From Chiloscyllium plagiosum (Eukaryota): a DNA stretch of 64,000 nucleotides. Positions within the stretch are counted from its first letter, which is position 1; the number at the start of each line of letters is the position of its first letter. The notes beneath the pieces are model-generated. The model searched no databases, had not been told where the DNA came from, and worked only from the letters and a program-made list of their open reading frames with translations. This document shows positions 13,334 through 26,285 of the stretch, piece after piece. The stretch is from assembly GCF_004010195.1 (NCBI RefSeq), contig NC_057719.1:90611756-90675755 (forward strand), read 5' to 3'. The translations under genes and the position numbers were made by a program.

Positions 13334-14369
13334 TGTTCATCGCTACTTTTATACTCCATTACATTTGAAATAAAGAAGTCTTGCTAAAATTGTATTAGGC
13401 CTTTGCTTGAGAAAGCTATGAACAGCGCTGGTCCAATGTGCAAGGTGTTGAAGGAAACCCACTTGGTTCTTCCCAGGTAAAGTGGATTTTTATTATCAGG
13501 ATGTATTTAGCAGACTTGGCCTGTATTCATTGGATTTTATAAGAATGAGAGCTGACCTGTTTGAAACATAATGGATTTTTAGGAGTCTTGATAGAATTGA
13601 TGTGGAGAGGTTGTTTCCACTTACGGGAGAGTGTAGGACCAGATGGCAAAATCTCAGAGTAGGGGTTGCCCTTTAAGGAAAGAACTAAGGAAGAATTTCT
13701 TCTCTTGGGATAGGGAATCTGTGAAATTCTTTCCTGTAGAGGTAGATAAACAGATTTTTGATGAGTAGGGGAATCAATGGTTATGGTGGAAAAAGCAAGA
13801 AAGTGGAGTTGAGGATTATCACATCACCTTTGATTTCTTGAATGGTGGGATATGCTCACTGGTCTGAATGGCCTACTTTTGCTCCTACATTTTATGGTTA
13901 CTGGACTTACCTGGTACTCTATTTCCTCTAACAACCACCACCCTAACTTCTCAATTGTTGTATCTATTTATCCTCTTACAAGCTGTCAATGAGCTACTGC
14001 TAATTTAAATCAGAGAACATGGCAACTATCTGCTGCAACAAAATTCTGGGATTTACATATTAATCAATGGAAACTTGCATCCCTATTCTATTAACAAAGA
14101 CTTTCTTTGCTGCTAGATTCTGGATTTCAGGACAGATTTGGCCCCAGCCCAGGAATCTCCAGTGCAGAAGCGGGTAATTTTTAATCTGATCAGGGTCAGA
14201 AATAAGATTTCTGAATACTTTGGATCAAGAAATTTTTCTGGAAAAGAACAATCTTTCAAACTTTGGTGTAGGTTTGGATCTGTTATAAAGCTGACATTAA
14301 TATTATTTTCACCTCCTTGATTGCCAAAAATATGAAATTATTGATATTTTGAGAAATAGGTAAACAACA

Positions 14370-14905
14370 AGGACATTGGTTAGGCCACTATTGGACTACT
14401 GCATGCAATCTGGTCTTCCTGATATAGGAAGGATGTTGTGAAATTTGAAAGAGTTCAGAAAAGATTTACGAGGATTTTGCCAGGGTTGGAGGGTTTGAAC
14501 TATAGGGAGAGGCTGAACAGACCGGGGCTATTTTCCCTGAAGCGTTGGAGACTCAGAGGTGACCTTATAGAAGTCTATAAAATTATGAGGGGCTGAATAG
14601 GGTAAACAGCCAAGGTCTTTTCCTTGGAGCGGGGGACTCCAAAACTAGAGGTCATTGGTTTAAGGTGAGAGGGGAAAGATTTAAAACGGGCAACGTTTTC
14701 ACACAGTGTGTGTATGGAATGAGCTGCCAGAGAAGGTGGTGGAATTACAGCATTTAAAAGGCATCTGGTTGGATATATGAATGGTTTAGAGGAAAATGGT
14801 CCAAATGCTGGCAAATGGAACTAGCTTAATTTGGGATAGCTGGTCTTCATGGATGAGTTGTCCCAAAGGGTCTATTTTCATGCTGAATATCTCTGTTACT
14901 CTATG
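14370..14905 (+). mobile_element. CR1/HER1 LINE 3' end
   Basis: Closely similar to 10270-10800. Confidence 0.85.
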
Positions 14906-15136
14906 AGAAACTGTTTCAGGTAGATTTAAAGCAATATAACACAGGGAAAATGCAAACACACATGAAATAAAAGATTGTACCAAGTGGTCTTCCCTCTGTT
15001 ATTGTCTCTAAACAAACAACTAATTGATTACACATGGTAGTTTGGGCGAGTGGTCTAAGCTCTGTTCTCTATCAAGTTGTCTCACTGGTGATGTAGCTGA
15101 GGCGGTTTCCGCAAAGAGGCTGGGCAACCTCAAGTT

Positions 15137-15418
15137 AGGGCAGCACAGTGGGTAGCACTGCTGCCTCAGTGCCAGGGACCTGGGTTTGGTTCTGGCATCG
15201 GGTGACTGGTGTGTGAAGTTTGCACATTCTCCCCGTGTCTCTGTGGGTTTCCTCCACAGTCAAAAATATGTGCAGGTTTAGTGGATTGGCCATGCTAAGT
15301 TGCCCACAGTGTCTGGGTAAACGCATGGTTACAGGGATGGATGGGGTGGGGGCCAGTGGGATTCTCTTGGGGAGGGTTGGCGTGCACTCGATGGGCTGAA
15401 TAGCTTGCTTTCACACTT
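15137..15418 (+). mobile_element. HE1-type tRNA-derived SINE
   Basis: tRNA-like head with A/B boxes, central tttgcacattctccccgtgtct domain, LINE-like tail. Confidence 0.8.
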
Positions 15419-15749
15419 CAATTCGATGTTTCTGTTCTGGGTGCGTCATTATCACTGACTGACATTCATATCCCCCCCCGACATTTTTAAAGAATGTGAC
15501 AAATTTTGGTAGCAAGTAACCTGTTGTTTTCTCAGGATGATGGTTGAAGGATTCTCTACCGCTGTTTCTTCAGGACATTGTCACACTATTCTCTCTTCCT
15601 AAACAAGCAGATGGGACAACATTTCTCCCTGTGTACCGACTGAAACCCAGGAGCAGTGTCTGAACCATGGACATTGTTGGTCCTGAGACACTGTCCCAAA
15701 ACCCGTTTCCATGGACCGTTATAAAAGATCCCACCTCCCGCCTCGGACC

Positions 15750-16305
15750 AACCGTCAATTAGAGTACCGGCCCCGCCCTACACGCTGATCTGCCCAATCA
15801 CCGTGGCCTCTCTCCTCTTGTCCTAATCATCTTCCATGTGATTAGCATCTGCTTTTGGCCCAATCCCCGCCTCTGACTTGCCAGACCGCTCCGCCCACTG
15901 GGCTGATTGGCAGTTCCACCCCGCCCCCCGGCCCGGGGCTGACCCACCTATCGCCCCGCCCCTTTCCTCTTTCGCGGACCCTCGCTCCGCTTCGACTGAT
16001 TGACAGACCTCTCGCCCCGTCCCCGTGTAGCGATTGACAGCCCCCCCAACCCGTGCTCTGATTGACAGTTTCCCCTCACCCCGCCCCCTGCTCTGATTGA
16101 CAGCCATCCACGCCCCGCCCCCCCCTTGTCAGGACACTCACTGGCCGGTGGGATGGCAGTACAGGCGGCGGAGTGAGCAGCGTGTCCGGACAGGCATCTC
16201 GCTCGGGTGGGGGCGAGGGGGAGACAGGCCGGCGGACAATGACACTGGTGCCTGAAGTTGCGGAGTGAAGCACAGCCTTAGCAGCAAGACTAATCCTCCT
16301 GAGTG
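15750..16305 (+). promoter_or_regulatory. CpG-rich STARD9 promoter and 5' UTR with GC boxes, CCAAT boxes and repeated TGATTGACAG motifs
   Basis: Most CpG-dense non-repeat stretch in the window; many CCCCGCCC; CCAAT near 15795 and 15859; ATTGG at 15906; (T/C)GATTGACAG at 15997, 16031, 16059, 16094. Confidence 0.85.
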
Positions 16306-16352
16306 ATGGCCAATGTGCAAGTGGCCGTCAGGGTTCGACCCCTCAGCAAGAG
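16306..16352 (+). CDS. STARD9: STARD9 (KIF16A) coding exon 1, kinesin-3 motor N-terminus
   Basis: ATG at 16306 gives MANVQVAVRVRPLSK(R), matching the vertebrate STARD9 N-terminus as I recall it; followed by donor AG|GTGAGG (phase 2, 47 nt); lies at the end of a CpG-rich promoter. Confidence 0.95.
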
Positions 16353-17399
16353 GTGAGGAAGAGAGGGTGAGGGCCGGGGCCAGAGAGAGAGAGAGAGGGA
16401 GGGAAGAAAAGGAGTGAAGGGTGTTAGGAAGGGAGGGAGGAGAAGGGGAAAGATGTGGAAGGAAGTTTGGGGGGGGAGGTGTTGGGTGAAGAGTGGAGGG
16501 CAGTAGGGTGATGAGATCTGGTTACTGGGTGAGGGAGATTGTGCAGAGAAATCAGGGTGGGTGGGAGAGAGACATCTGTCAAAGTAAGAGTTGGGGCTAA
16601 GGAGGAGGGTTAATGATGGGCTCAATGCCAAAGGGGTGGGGAGAATAGAACTGTCAAAATTTGTAAAGTTGGGTGTGTGTTTTTCGGACTGAAATTTGTC
16701 AAAGTGCTCTGTGTTTCATTCGTCTCAGTTTAGAGGCTAGATTGCAGTGTAAAGTAGAAATCTCAAATCCACACCCGAACTGATTCTGATAAACTAAATC
16801 ACTGTTGTGTGAGAGATTGTACAGTTAGATTATTTGTACAACTCCGTGTGTTGTTTTGTTGTTAGAAGAACAGGAAAAGGGCAGACCATCAGAAATCATT
16901 GGTTAAAGCTGTCTCTCTTAAAATAAAGTGCTTCCAAATTTGGTTACAACATAATCTGGTTGGCATCTGTTCTGATAATTGAAAGGGAAAGTTAAGTGCT
17001 AGCAAGGGTTTGGTAAAGATATAAGTTAATGATCTGTCAGCTAATTATTGCTGAGTTTCAAAGACTGGGTGTATTGTGACAACATCCCTAGAGAAAACGC
17101 CAATAACAGCTGAAATGAATGCCGTGCACGTTTGTCCTTCCCCCAACTTTGATCAACAAAGCAACATTATACAATTCTAGAAGTTTGATTTAAACAAAAA
17201 TATTTAGTTTTATTTTGTATAAAGACTTGGGAGCAAAGCTTAAACAATTCATTGTTAAAATACTGCATAAGTTAGTGTAAGTTTCATCTAAATATCTCTT
17301 CACTGTATTTAACGAGCATTTTGTGCCTCAACTTCCCTTCGAGCTCAGTGTTGCTCTGATATTAAAAATGGAAAATGAATCTGCAGCGAAGCAATGAGG

Positions 17400-19710
17400 G
17401 GCACTCAGTAAGGAGCTGGGAAGAGTTCAAATCTAACATGTACCCTTTAGAGGGAAATGTAGGAGCAATAAGTTCAGAGAACCCTGGATGTCTAGAACAA
17501 TTCAGGACTGGATGAAGAGGAAGAATCGGGCTTCCTCTTCATCCAGTCCAAAGGAAACAATTCATTGGCGACCCAAGAGGAATATAACAACTGCAAAAGG
17601 GAACTTAAAGCAATGAGAAGAGCAAAAAGGAGGCATGAGAACAGAATTAGAGTGAATCTTAAGTTACTTTATAAATGCATTAACGGGAAGAGGTTAACCA
17701 GGGAAAGAATGGAGCCCATTAGGGGTCTGAGGTGGGAGGAGGGATCGTGAAACTGCAGGATATTGGAAAGATATTGAATAAATGCTTCTCTTCTGTCTTC
17801 ACTCTGGAAAACGAGATTGTACATACAGAATTCAGGAAGAGGGACTGTTAAGTACTTGCACAGTTTGAACTAGGTAATGGAGAGAGATTGGAAACTGTCG
17901 GGCTTAAAAACAGACAAATCCCCTGGTCTGGATGAATTGCATCCAAGGCTGCTGTGGAAGGCAAGGTTGCAGGGGCTCTGACACACAAACGTTTAAACTT
18001 AAAAATCACACAACACCAGGGTATAGTCCAATAGGTTTATTTGGAATTTTTAATTCCGCTTTAGCCACAGGGAAAGCGCCAGAGGACTGCTAATGTGGTT
18101 TTTGGGAGGGGTGGTAGAGATTAGACTCCCTACTGTATGGAAACAGTCCATTTGGCCCAACAAGTTCACACTGATCCTCTGAAGAGTAACCCATCCAGAC
18201 CCATTCCCCGACCTTGTATTTAACCCTGCACCTAACACTGGGCAATTTAACTTGGCCAATTCACCTGACCTGCACATCTGGAAACCGGAGCATCCAGAGG
18301 AAACTCACGCAGACATGGGGAGAATGTGCAAACTCCACACAGACAGTTACCTGAGGCGGGTATCGAACCCAGGTCCCTGGCGCTGTGAGACAGCAGTGCT
18401 AACCACTGAATAATGCTAACTTTCTACTCTACAGGTATAGTGATTTTTCATTAGCGATCTTCCTTAGTACCATTTTCTGTAACATGAGGTTGCAGAGGAA
18501 CACAACTGTGGCATTATAGCAGAACGATCTGTAAAAGAATAAAGAAAAAAAAGCAAATTACAGAGCATAGGAATAAATTAGCAAATAGAAAATAAAAAGT
18601 TCAGAATAACAGTTCTTCCAACCCAATCCACGTTGGCACCTAGCCTCTAGTCTTCTCCAGGCCTCACCTTTAGGTTCTCGAGACAGGGAGAATGTTCTGG
18701 AATCATCTTGAGACTCTACCGAGGCCATGCCAAGCCGCTGAGAGATAGCCATGACTGGCAGCCACTCTAGGCTGCTGAAAGACTGCCAGGTCGGGCTAAA
18801 GCCAGGAGTTCAGAACATCACCAAGAAGGGAAAAACATAGGAGAAAAAAATAGAAAAGAAATGGACTGAGTGATCGAGCTCAAATTGAGGTGTCATACCC
18901 CGTGGCCATCTTCAATCTGCAGGTATTTAATACCGATAAGTGCAAGGTGGTGCACTTTGGAAGAAGCAGCAAGATGAGGGAATATTTAATGAAAGGCAGG
19001 ACATCGGATAGCTTACAAGAATGGAAGGATCTTCGGATAATTACTCTCAGATCCCTGAAGTCAGCAGAGCACGAGAATAGGATAGATAAGGCATACCAGA
19101 CAGTTGCTTTCATCCGTCATTGCATAGAGTAGAAGAGCAAAGAGGTAATATTGGATTTGAATGTAGCATTGGTCAGACCACAGCTGGAGTACTGTATGCA
19201 GTTCTGGTCACCTCACTACAGGAAGGATGTGATAGCACCAGCGGAATTACAGAGGAGATTCACCAGGATGTCATCTGGGATGGAGAAACTGAGCTATAAG
19301 GAGACATTTGGGAGGCTTGAATTGTTTTCTTCAGAGCAGAGAAGCTGGAGAGGAGGAAGTGGGGCCATGATTGAGTTGTGTAAGATTATGAGGGATATAG
19401 AGGGTGAGGATTATGAGAGTGATTAGAGAGCAGCTGTTTCCCCTTTGAGGATTCAATCATGAGAAGGCATAGTTTTAGGGTAAGGGACAGTTGATTCAGA
19501 GGGGATTTGGAGGGGGAAAGTCTTTTTCACTCAGCAGGTGGTGGGAATCTGGAATGCACTGCCTTGGAAGGTAGTGGAGGCTAGGAATCTTACAACCTTT
19601 AAAAGTACTTCAAATATCATAATATTCAAAGATATGAAAGAAGTTGGGATTAGCTCACTTTTATGTTGCTGCAGAGTTGGTGGGCCTTTTCTGCACTGTA
19701 TGAGTCTGTG
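17400..19710 (+). mobile_element. CR1 LINE fragments with nested SINE and other inserts
   Basis: KSPGLDELHPR remnant; FNTDKCKVVHFG; LVRPQLEYCMQFWSPHYRKD. Confidence 0.8.
18120..18410 (-). mobile_element. HE1-type SINE
   Basis: Reverse complement of the HE1-type sequence seen at 58243. Confidence 0.85.
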
Positions 19711-21534
19711 ATTTGGAGATTGAACTCTGGGTCAGTGGGGATTGCTGTTCAAATATACTGCAGAGAGATGCAGGGTTTGTCGTTCGCTGAAAACTGTAGA
19801 CAGTGACTTTAAAAGGAGATTGCTTACAGATACTTGCCTTAGTTGTAAAGGGGCCAAAATTCCAGTTATTAATCAAGCCAAAAACTGAACTGAATTAAAA
19901 AGAAACAATATCCTTCCAGCTCTCCTTCCTTTAAGCTGCTTTAAAAACTTGCATTTGACCGAGCTTCTTGTCACTTATCTTGTGATCACACTCAGGCGAA
20001 CTTCCTTGGATTGTATTACTGTATTAAAAGGCCACATTAAATTCTGTTATCATTTAAATTTGCAAAAAAAAATCAGGAACCCTCCCAAGTTCTGGTTGTG
20101 CTTTTGCTTTGTTAGGTATTTCTTTTATTATGGATTTTTTTTGTGTGTAAATGCTTGAGAAGAAGATAAAGGCAAATTCCCTGTGCTTCACCGAAGTTCT
20201 TTTGGAAATACTTGTTAAAACAATTCCATGCGACTAGTCTGCCAAATGGAAAAAAAATGTGGATTCTGCAAATCTTAAATCAAGGCAGAAAATTCTGGAA
20301 ATGCTGAGCAGATCAGGAGAAAGAAACAGATTCAACATTTCAGGTCAATGACTTTTCATGACTGAACCCTTTGTGGTTCTGTATCAATATTTTCAACTTA
20401 GACCCCTGTGAAATACTTGGAAGGCTGAAGCATACAAAATGAAAGTTGTTAAAGAAATCTTTTAAAATATGGTAAAGAGAAGATAGAATTGCTGAGAATG
20501 TGGTTTGTATCATCCAGTGACTTCAGTAAGTACCTTTAAAGACAGCTGAGTCCTACTAACTGTATGCCGAATTTTTGTTCAGCTCTGAGGAATGTTGGCT
20601 CACTTTTTTTAGCTAGTGAAGTGAGTTTTGATCTTAATAGTTAGCACATTGTGGTTACAATTGCAGTGTGAAAACAGTTGTTCAGCAAAACTATCATATT
20701 GTTTTGGCTTTTATTAATATTTGTTCATGGGGTGTAGGCATTGTTGGTGGAATCAACATTTATTGCCGATTGCTAATTGTCCCTTAATTGAGTGACTTTC
20801 CATTTCAGAAGCTGTGGAGTATCGACCACGTCCCAGTAGCCTTGGCATGTGGGTCAGATTAGGACAGGAGTGAACCGCGTAGATTTTTCAACAATTGGCC
20901 ATTGGTCACCATGAGGCCAGCTTTGAATTCCAGATTTGTAATGAATTCAGATTTCATCATCTGCTATGGTGGAATTCAAATGTATGATCCCAGAGCAGTC
21001 TAGGGTCTGCATTACTAACCCATTGATAATACCACTGCGCCACTGCCTGTCCAGAAGCTACTTGTGCAAACCAAGTGGTTTTTTTCAGCAATTGCTCCTG
21101 GATGTGTAAGTACTGCTAAAATGAAGCCTAGACCCTGGGTGCTTTTCTTTCTACTTTCGGTCACAGAATACAGTGGGAAACAGACCTCAAGCATTCTTCA
21201 GTTGGTTCTGATATAACGCGATCATAGAATAGAGTTGAATCATAGAAATCCTGCACTGAGGAAACAGGCCATTTGGTCCAACAACTTAATACTGACCCTC
21301 CAAAGAGTAATCCACCCAGACCTATCCAGTCCTTGCCATGAGCCACCACCCTCTGTCTTCTTTCAGCGAGCCAATTCACTAAATCACCTAACTCCATATT
21401 TTGTGCAATAGCCTACTGTGTGGAATCTTATCAAATGCCTTACTGAAGTCCTATTATCTTGTCTGGGGTGAGTATCTCTTTCTTTAAACCATAACAGTTG
21501 ACCACTCTGGTGTGACCATGGCTAGCCAAATGTA

Positions 21535-23501
21535 GTAGGAGAAAGTGAGGACTGCAGGTGCAGGAGATCAGCATCGAGAGTGTGGTGCTGGAAAAGCACA
21601 GCAGGTCAGGCAGCATCTGAGGAGCAGGAGAATCAACACTTTGGGCATAATCCCTTCGTCAGGAATGAAGCTTGTGGGCCAGGGGGATGAGAGATAAATG
21701 GAAGGGGGGTTGTGCTGGGGAGAAGGTAGCTGAGATTGCAACAGGTAGCGTAGCTGAAGCTGAGGGAGAAAGAGATAGGTCGGAGAGGAGGGTTAAGCGG
21801 ATAGGTGGGAAAGACAATGGACAGGTCAAGAGGGCGGTGCCAAGTTGGAGGCTTGGGACTGGGATAATGTCGGGGGAGGGGAAATGAGGAAACTGGTGAA
21901 ATCCACATTAATCCCATGTGGTTGCAGGGGTCCCAAGGCGGAAAATTAGCCTTTCTTCCTCCAGGTGTTGGGTGGTTAGGGTTTGGGGATGGAGGTGGCC
22001 CAGGACCTGCATGTCTGAGGGGGAGTTGAAGTGTTCAGCCACGGGGTGTTGGAATTGGTGCCGATGTCCCAGAGATGTTCTCTGAAACGATCCGCAAGTT
22101 GGTGTCCTGTCTACCCAATGTAGAGGAGACCACATCGGGTTCAACGGATATAGTAGATGACATTTGTGGAAGTACAGGTGAATTTCTGTCGGATTTGGAA
22201 GGATCCCTCCAGTACACCACCTCCACTTCCCACACTTCCGCCCTTGAATCCCACCTCTCCCAATGCAATAAGGACAGAATCCCCCTTGTCTTCACCTTCC
22301 GCCCCACCAATCTCCGTTACATCGCATCATCCTCTGCCACATCCGCCACCTACAAAGAGACCCCACGACTAGGGATATATTTCCCTCCCCACCCCTGTCA
22401 GCGTTTTGGAGAACTGTTCCTTCCGCGAGTCCCTTGTCAGATCCACGGCTCCCACCAGCCCACATCCCACCTTCCCTTTCACTGCAAGAAGTGCAAAACC
22501 TGCGCCCACACCTCCTCCCTCACCTCTGTCCAAGGCCCCAAGATATCTGACAGAAATTCACTGTACTTCCACAAATGTCATCTAGTGTATCAGTTGTATC
22601 CGATGTGTTCTCCTCTACATCAGGGAGACAGGGTGCCAACTTGTGGATTGTTTCAGAGAAGATCTCTGGGACACCCGCACCAACAAATGGGGCAGCAGTG
22701 GTTAGCACTGCTGTCTCACAGCGCCAGGGACCGGGTTCGATTCCAGCCTCTGGCGACAGTCTGTGTGGAGCTTGCACATTCTCCCCATGTCTGCGTGGGT
22801 TTCCTCCCACAATCCAAAGATGTGCAGGTTAGGTGAATTGGCCATGCTAAATTGCCCGTAGTGTTCAGGGATGTGTAGGCTAGGTGCATTAGTCAGGAGT
22901 AAATATAGGGTAGGGGAATGGGTCTGGGTGTGTTACTCTTCGAAGGGTTGGTGTGGACTTGTTGGGCCGAAGGGCCTGTTTCGTAGGGATTCTAATTCTA
23001 ATTCTAATTCAACCAATCCCACCGCCCTGTGCTGAACACTTTAACTCCCCCTCCCGCTCCACCAAGGACATACAGGTCCTGGGCCACCTACATCACCAAA
23101 CCCTAACCATCCAATGCCTGGAAGAAGAACACCTCATTTTCTGCCGTGGGTCCTGCAACCACATGGGATTACTGTGGGTTTCACCAGTTTCCTCATTCCC
23201 CCCACTCCACCTTTTCCCAGTCCCAAGCCTCCAACTCTGCACTGCCCTCTTGACCTGTCCATTGTCTTTCCCACCTATCCTCTCTAACCTCCTCTCTGAC
23301 CTATCACCTTCTCCCCCACCTTCATCTAGCTATTGAATTCTCAGTTACCTTCTCCTCGCCCCCCACCCCCCCATCTCTCAGCCCCCTAGCCCACAAGCTT
23401 CATTGTTGACAAAGGGCTTATGCCCAAAACATCAATTCCCCTGCTCTTTGGATGCTGCCTGACCTGCTGTGCTTTTTTAGCACCACACTCTCGACTCTGG
23501 T
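21535..23501. mobile_element. PLE remnant made of two inverted GIY-YIG/3'-end halves, with a nested HE1 SINE
   Basis: Minus-strand 3' end at 21535-~22200, plus-strand CKKCKTCAHTSS and 3' end after it; TSD CAAATGTA at 21527-21534 and 23502-23509. Confidence 0.85.
22689..23010 (+). mobile_element. HE1-type SINE nested in a PLE
   Basis: Full head to tail, ending in (ATTCTA)n. Confidence 0.88.
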
Positions 23502-23799
23502 CAAATGTAATCACTGTTAAAGGGTAGAAAATGCTTAGTTTAGGCATCAGAGCTTATTGATATATAGAATCATTACTGCACGTTTAACAGTGTACCAGAT
23601 GAGAGGTATTCCAATATCAGCATTCAAGATCAGCTATAAATCACTTAGATTGCCAATGGGTCGATGGGTTAAACTTGCTGCTTCACAATACGTTTGACAT
23701 GCAGTTGGGGCATCACAGCACTTAGTTAACCTATCAATGCCTTTTAACAGTCTATTGGAAGGATTTTACTAAAGCAATTTGTTGATTTACACAACAGAC

Positions 23800-24510
23800 T
23801 GTCTCTGACTTAGCATTCATAAGATCAGAAGTGGGGATGTTCGCTGATAGCTGCACAACGTTCAGCATCATTTGTGACTGCTCAGATACTGAAGCAGTCC
23901 ACGTCCAAATGCAACAGAACCCGAACAATATCCATGCTTGGGTTGACAAGTAACATTAGTGGCACACAAGTGTCCAATAAAAACCATTTTCAACAAGAGA
24001 GAATGTCATCATTGCCCCATGACATTGTAAGGTACCTCCATCACTGAATCCCCCGTTATCAAAATCTTGGGAGTCATCACTGACCAGAAACTAAGCTAGA
24101 TTAGTCAAATAAGTATGTGACTACAAGATCACATGAAACAGTAATTCACCTTCTGATTCCCCAAAGTCTGTTCACTATCGACATGGTGCAGGTCAGGAGT
24201 GTGATGGAAAAGAACCCCCTTGCCAGGATGGATGCAGCTTCAACAACACTTATGAAGCTTGACACAATCCAGGACCAAGCAGCTCGTTTTGATTGTTTCT
24301 GAATGTGGTGCCATTCAGTTACTCGATAACCAACACTCAATCACAGTAGTGTGCACCATCTGCAAAATGCAGTGCAGAACAAAGAAAAATCCTTAGACAA
24401 CACCTTCCAAACTCACGAGCAGTACCATCTAGAAGAACAAGGGCAGCGGATACATGGGAATACCATCACCTGCAAGTTTCCCTCCAAACCACTTAATATC
24501 CTGACTTAAA
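23800..24510 (+). mobile_element. Second LINE family, 3' fragment (same family as 47300-48215)
   Basis: TPQSL.TIYK.QVRS.ME peptide shared with 47632-47871. Confidence 0.7.
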
Positions 24511-24988
24511 GAATCTGAGAATTCTACAGTGCAGAAGGAGACCATTTGACTCATCGTGTCTATATTGAATCAAAGAGTTGGAAAGCCCAAGATGCTTCCT
24601 TGCTTTACAATGCTGGTTACTGCATAGACAAAGGACATCCAACCATACAGTGGGAACAAGAATTTGGCAAATGTCTTTAGTTCATTCTGATTTGGAGAGC
24701 AAGTTCCGCAGACCAGGTTGACAGTGTCAAAAGCTTTGTTTCTTAGAATCCCCACAGTGTGGAAACAGGCCATAGTTCAAGCTATGGAAATGTAGACCCT
24801 GATGTTGCTCTTTTTTTTTCTTCTTAATGTTGTCTTACAAATACATCACTTGTTCCACAGTCTGGACCAAAACCACATTGATTCCAGGAGGCTGTTTACA
24901 AGGTGGTTTAATGGATTTTGCGAAAGATTTTTCCTGCTATTGACAGAAGACTCATTCCTCAGTGGTTGTTGCACCCAGTTTTGGATCC

Positions 24989-25095
24989 TACAGTAGTTCT
25001 TCTATAACGTGATTAGATTATAACGTGATGTTTGCGTTCTTGTGCAACCCCACATTATAGAAAAATTGTGCTTTAAAAACACCATTTCAAGTGTG
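24989..25095. mobile_element. Tigger-like TIR fragment (related pieces at about 18430-18533 and 21200-21225)
   Basis: TA-CAGT.GTTCT.CTATAACG(C/T)G terminus recurring at three places. Confidence 0.45.
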
Positions 25096-26109
25096 GATTT
25101 GGATTCCAGATTTTTATTGAATTCAACATTCACCATCTACCATGGCAGGATTTGAACCTGGGTCCTCGGACATTATCTGGGTCTCTTGTTTAGTTGTGTA
25201 GTAATGTTACCATTAGACCATCATCTAGGCACAATGAAATGTCCTGACACCTAGGAGGGAGTACTTCAACTGAGCCACAGCTAACACATTACCACTGCTA
25301 TCATTTGTTATTAAGTGTTTGGTATTCTCGTCCTGATTATAAACAGTCATTTAGCTCCAGCTTTTCTGGTTCAAAAAAATCTCTTCAATTAAAAAGATTA
25401 CTTTTGCCTTTCAGGCAACAAGGGAATGAGGAACGAAGTTGATCTGTACAGAGCTAAGGTGATCAGTTTCGACACAGAAAACTGACCTTTTTGATGCCAA
25501 CCTTCTCGTGTTATATATGCTGAAGGTGTAATAAGATCAGGCGTGTACTCTTGGGTTCAAAACCCAAAAGCAAATACTTAATAAATAGCCATCTCAACTT
25601 GTTCAGTTATTTATGTTTAATTTAGCTGCTTAAACTGGCTAGCCTATATATTACTAGTTTTGAACATTTTTCCTCGTCTCCTCGTTTGCAGGTTTGTTAC
25701 TGGAGGTTAGCTAGTCTTTTGGTGTAATGCAGGTAAACCTCAGCGTTGTACCTGGATCAAAGGCATGTTGAAAGCTCAATGAAGAGAATGCAGCATTTCA
25801 GGTTCTTCTGTTTGCATTTATTGATGGTCCAGTTGAAGCTTCGTTTCTCTGGAGTTTATTTCTGATTTGTTGTCATTGGTTTTGACTCTGTGTTCCTTGG
25901 ACACAATTTAAATAAAACAAATTAATATTTAAAAGGCATTATTAAAAAACAAAATAAACCTTCTCACATTTGAAATTCTCACATTCAAAGACTAATGTTT
26001 TGCTAGTAGATTTTAGTGCCAGCTATCATTTTAATTAGTTATTACATATCTTTACAATAGAGGAACCTCCCACAGTACTTGACTTGTGCAAAAATGCCTG
26101 ATTAATTGA

Positions 26110-26285
26110 GGCGGCACGGTGGCTCAGTGGTTAGGTCCGGTGAATTGGCCATGGTAAATTGCCTGTGGTGTTAAGTGCATTTAGTCAGAGGGAAATGGGA
26201 CTGGGTGGGTTACTCCTCAGAGGGTCGGTGTGGACTTGTTGGGCCGAAGAGCCTGTTTCCACACTGTAGGGAATCTAATCTAATA
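26110..26285 (+). mobile_element. HE1-type SINE with internal deletion
   Basis: Head joined directly to the gtgaattggccatg segment; AATCT tail. Confidence 0.8.

Larger units (their letters stand above)
11130..13900 (+). mobile_element. Old CR1-like LINE split by the Poseidon-like PLE
   Basis: IAKFVEDRK remnant before the PLE; 3' region and tgaatggcctact tail after it. Confidence 0.6.
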
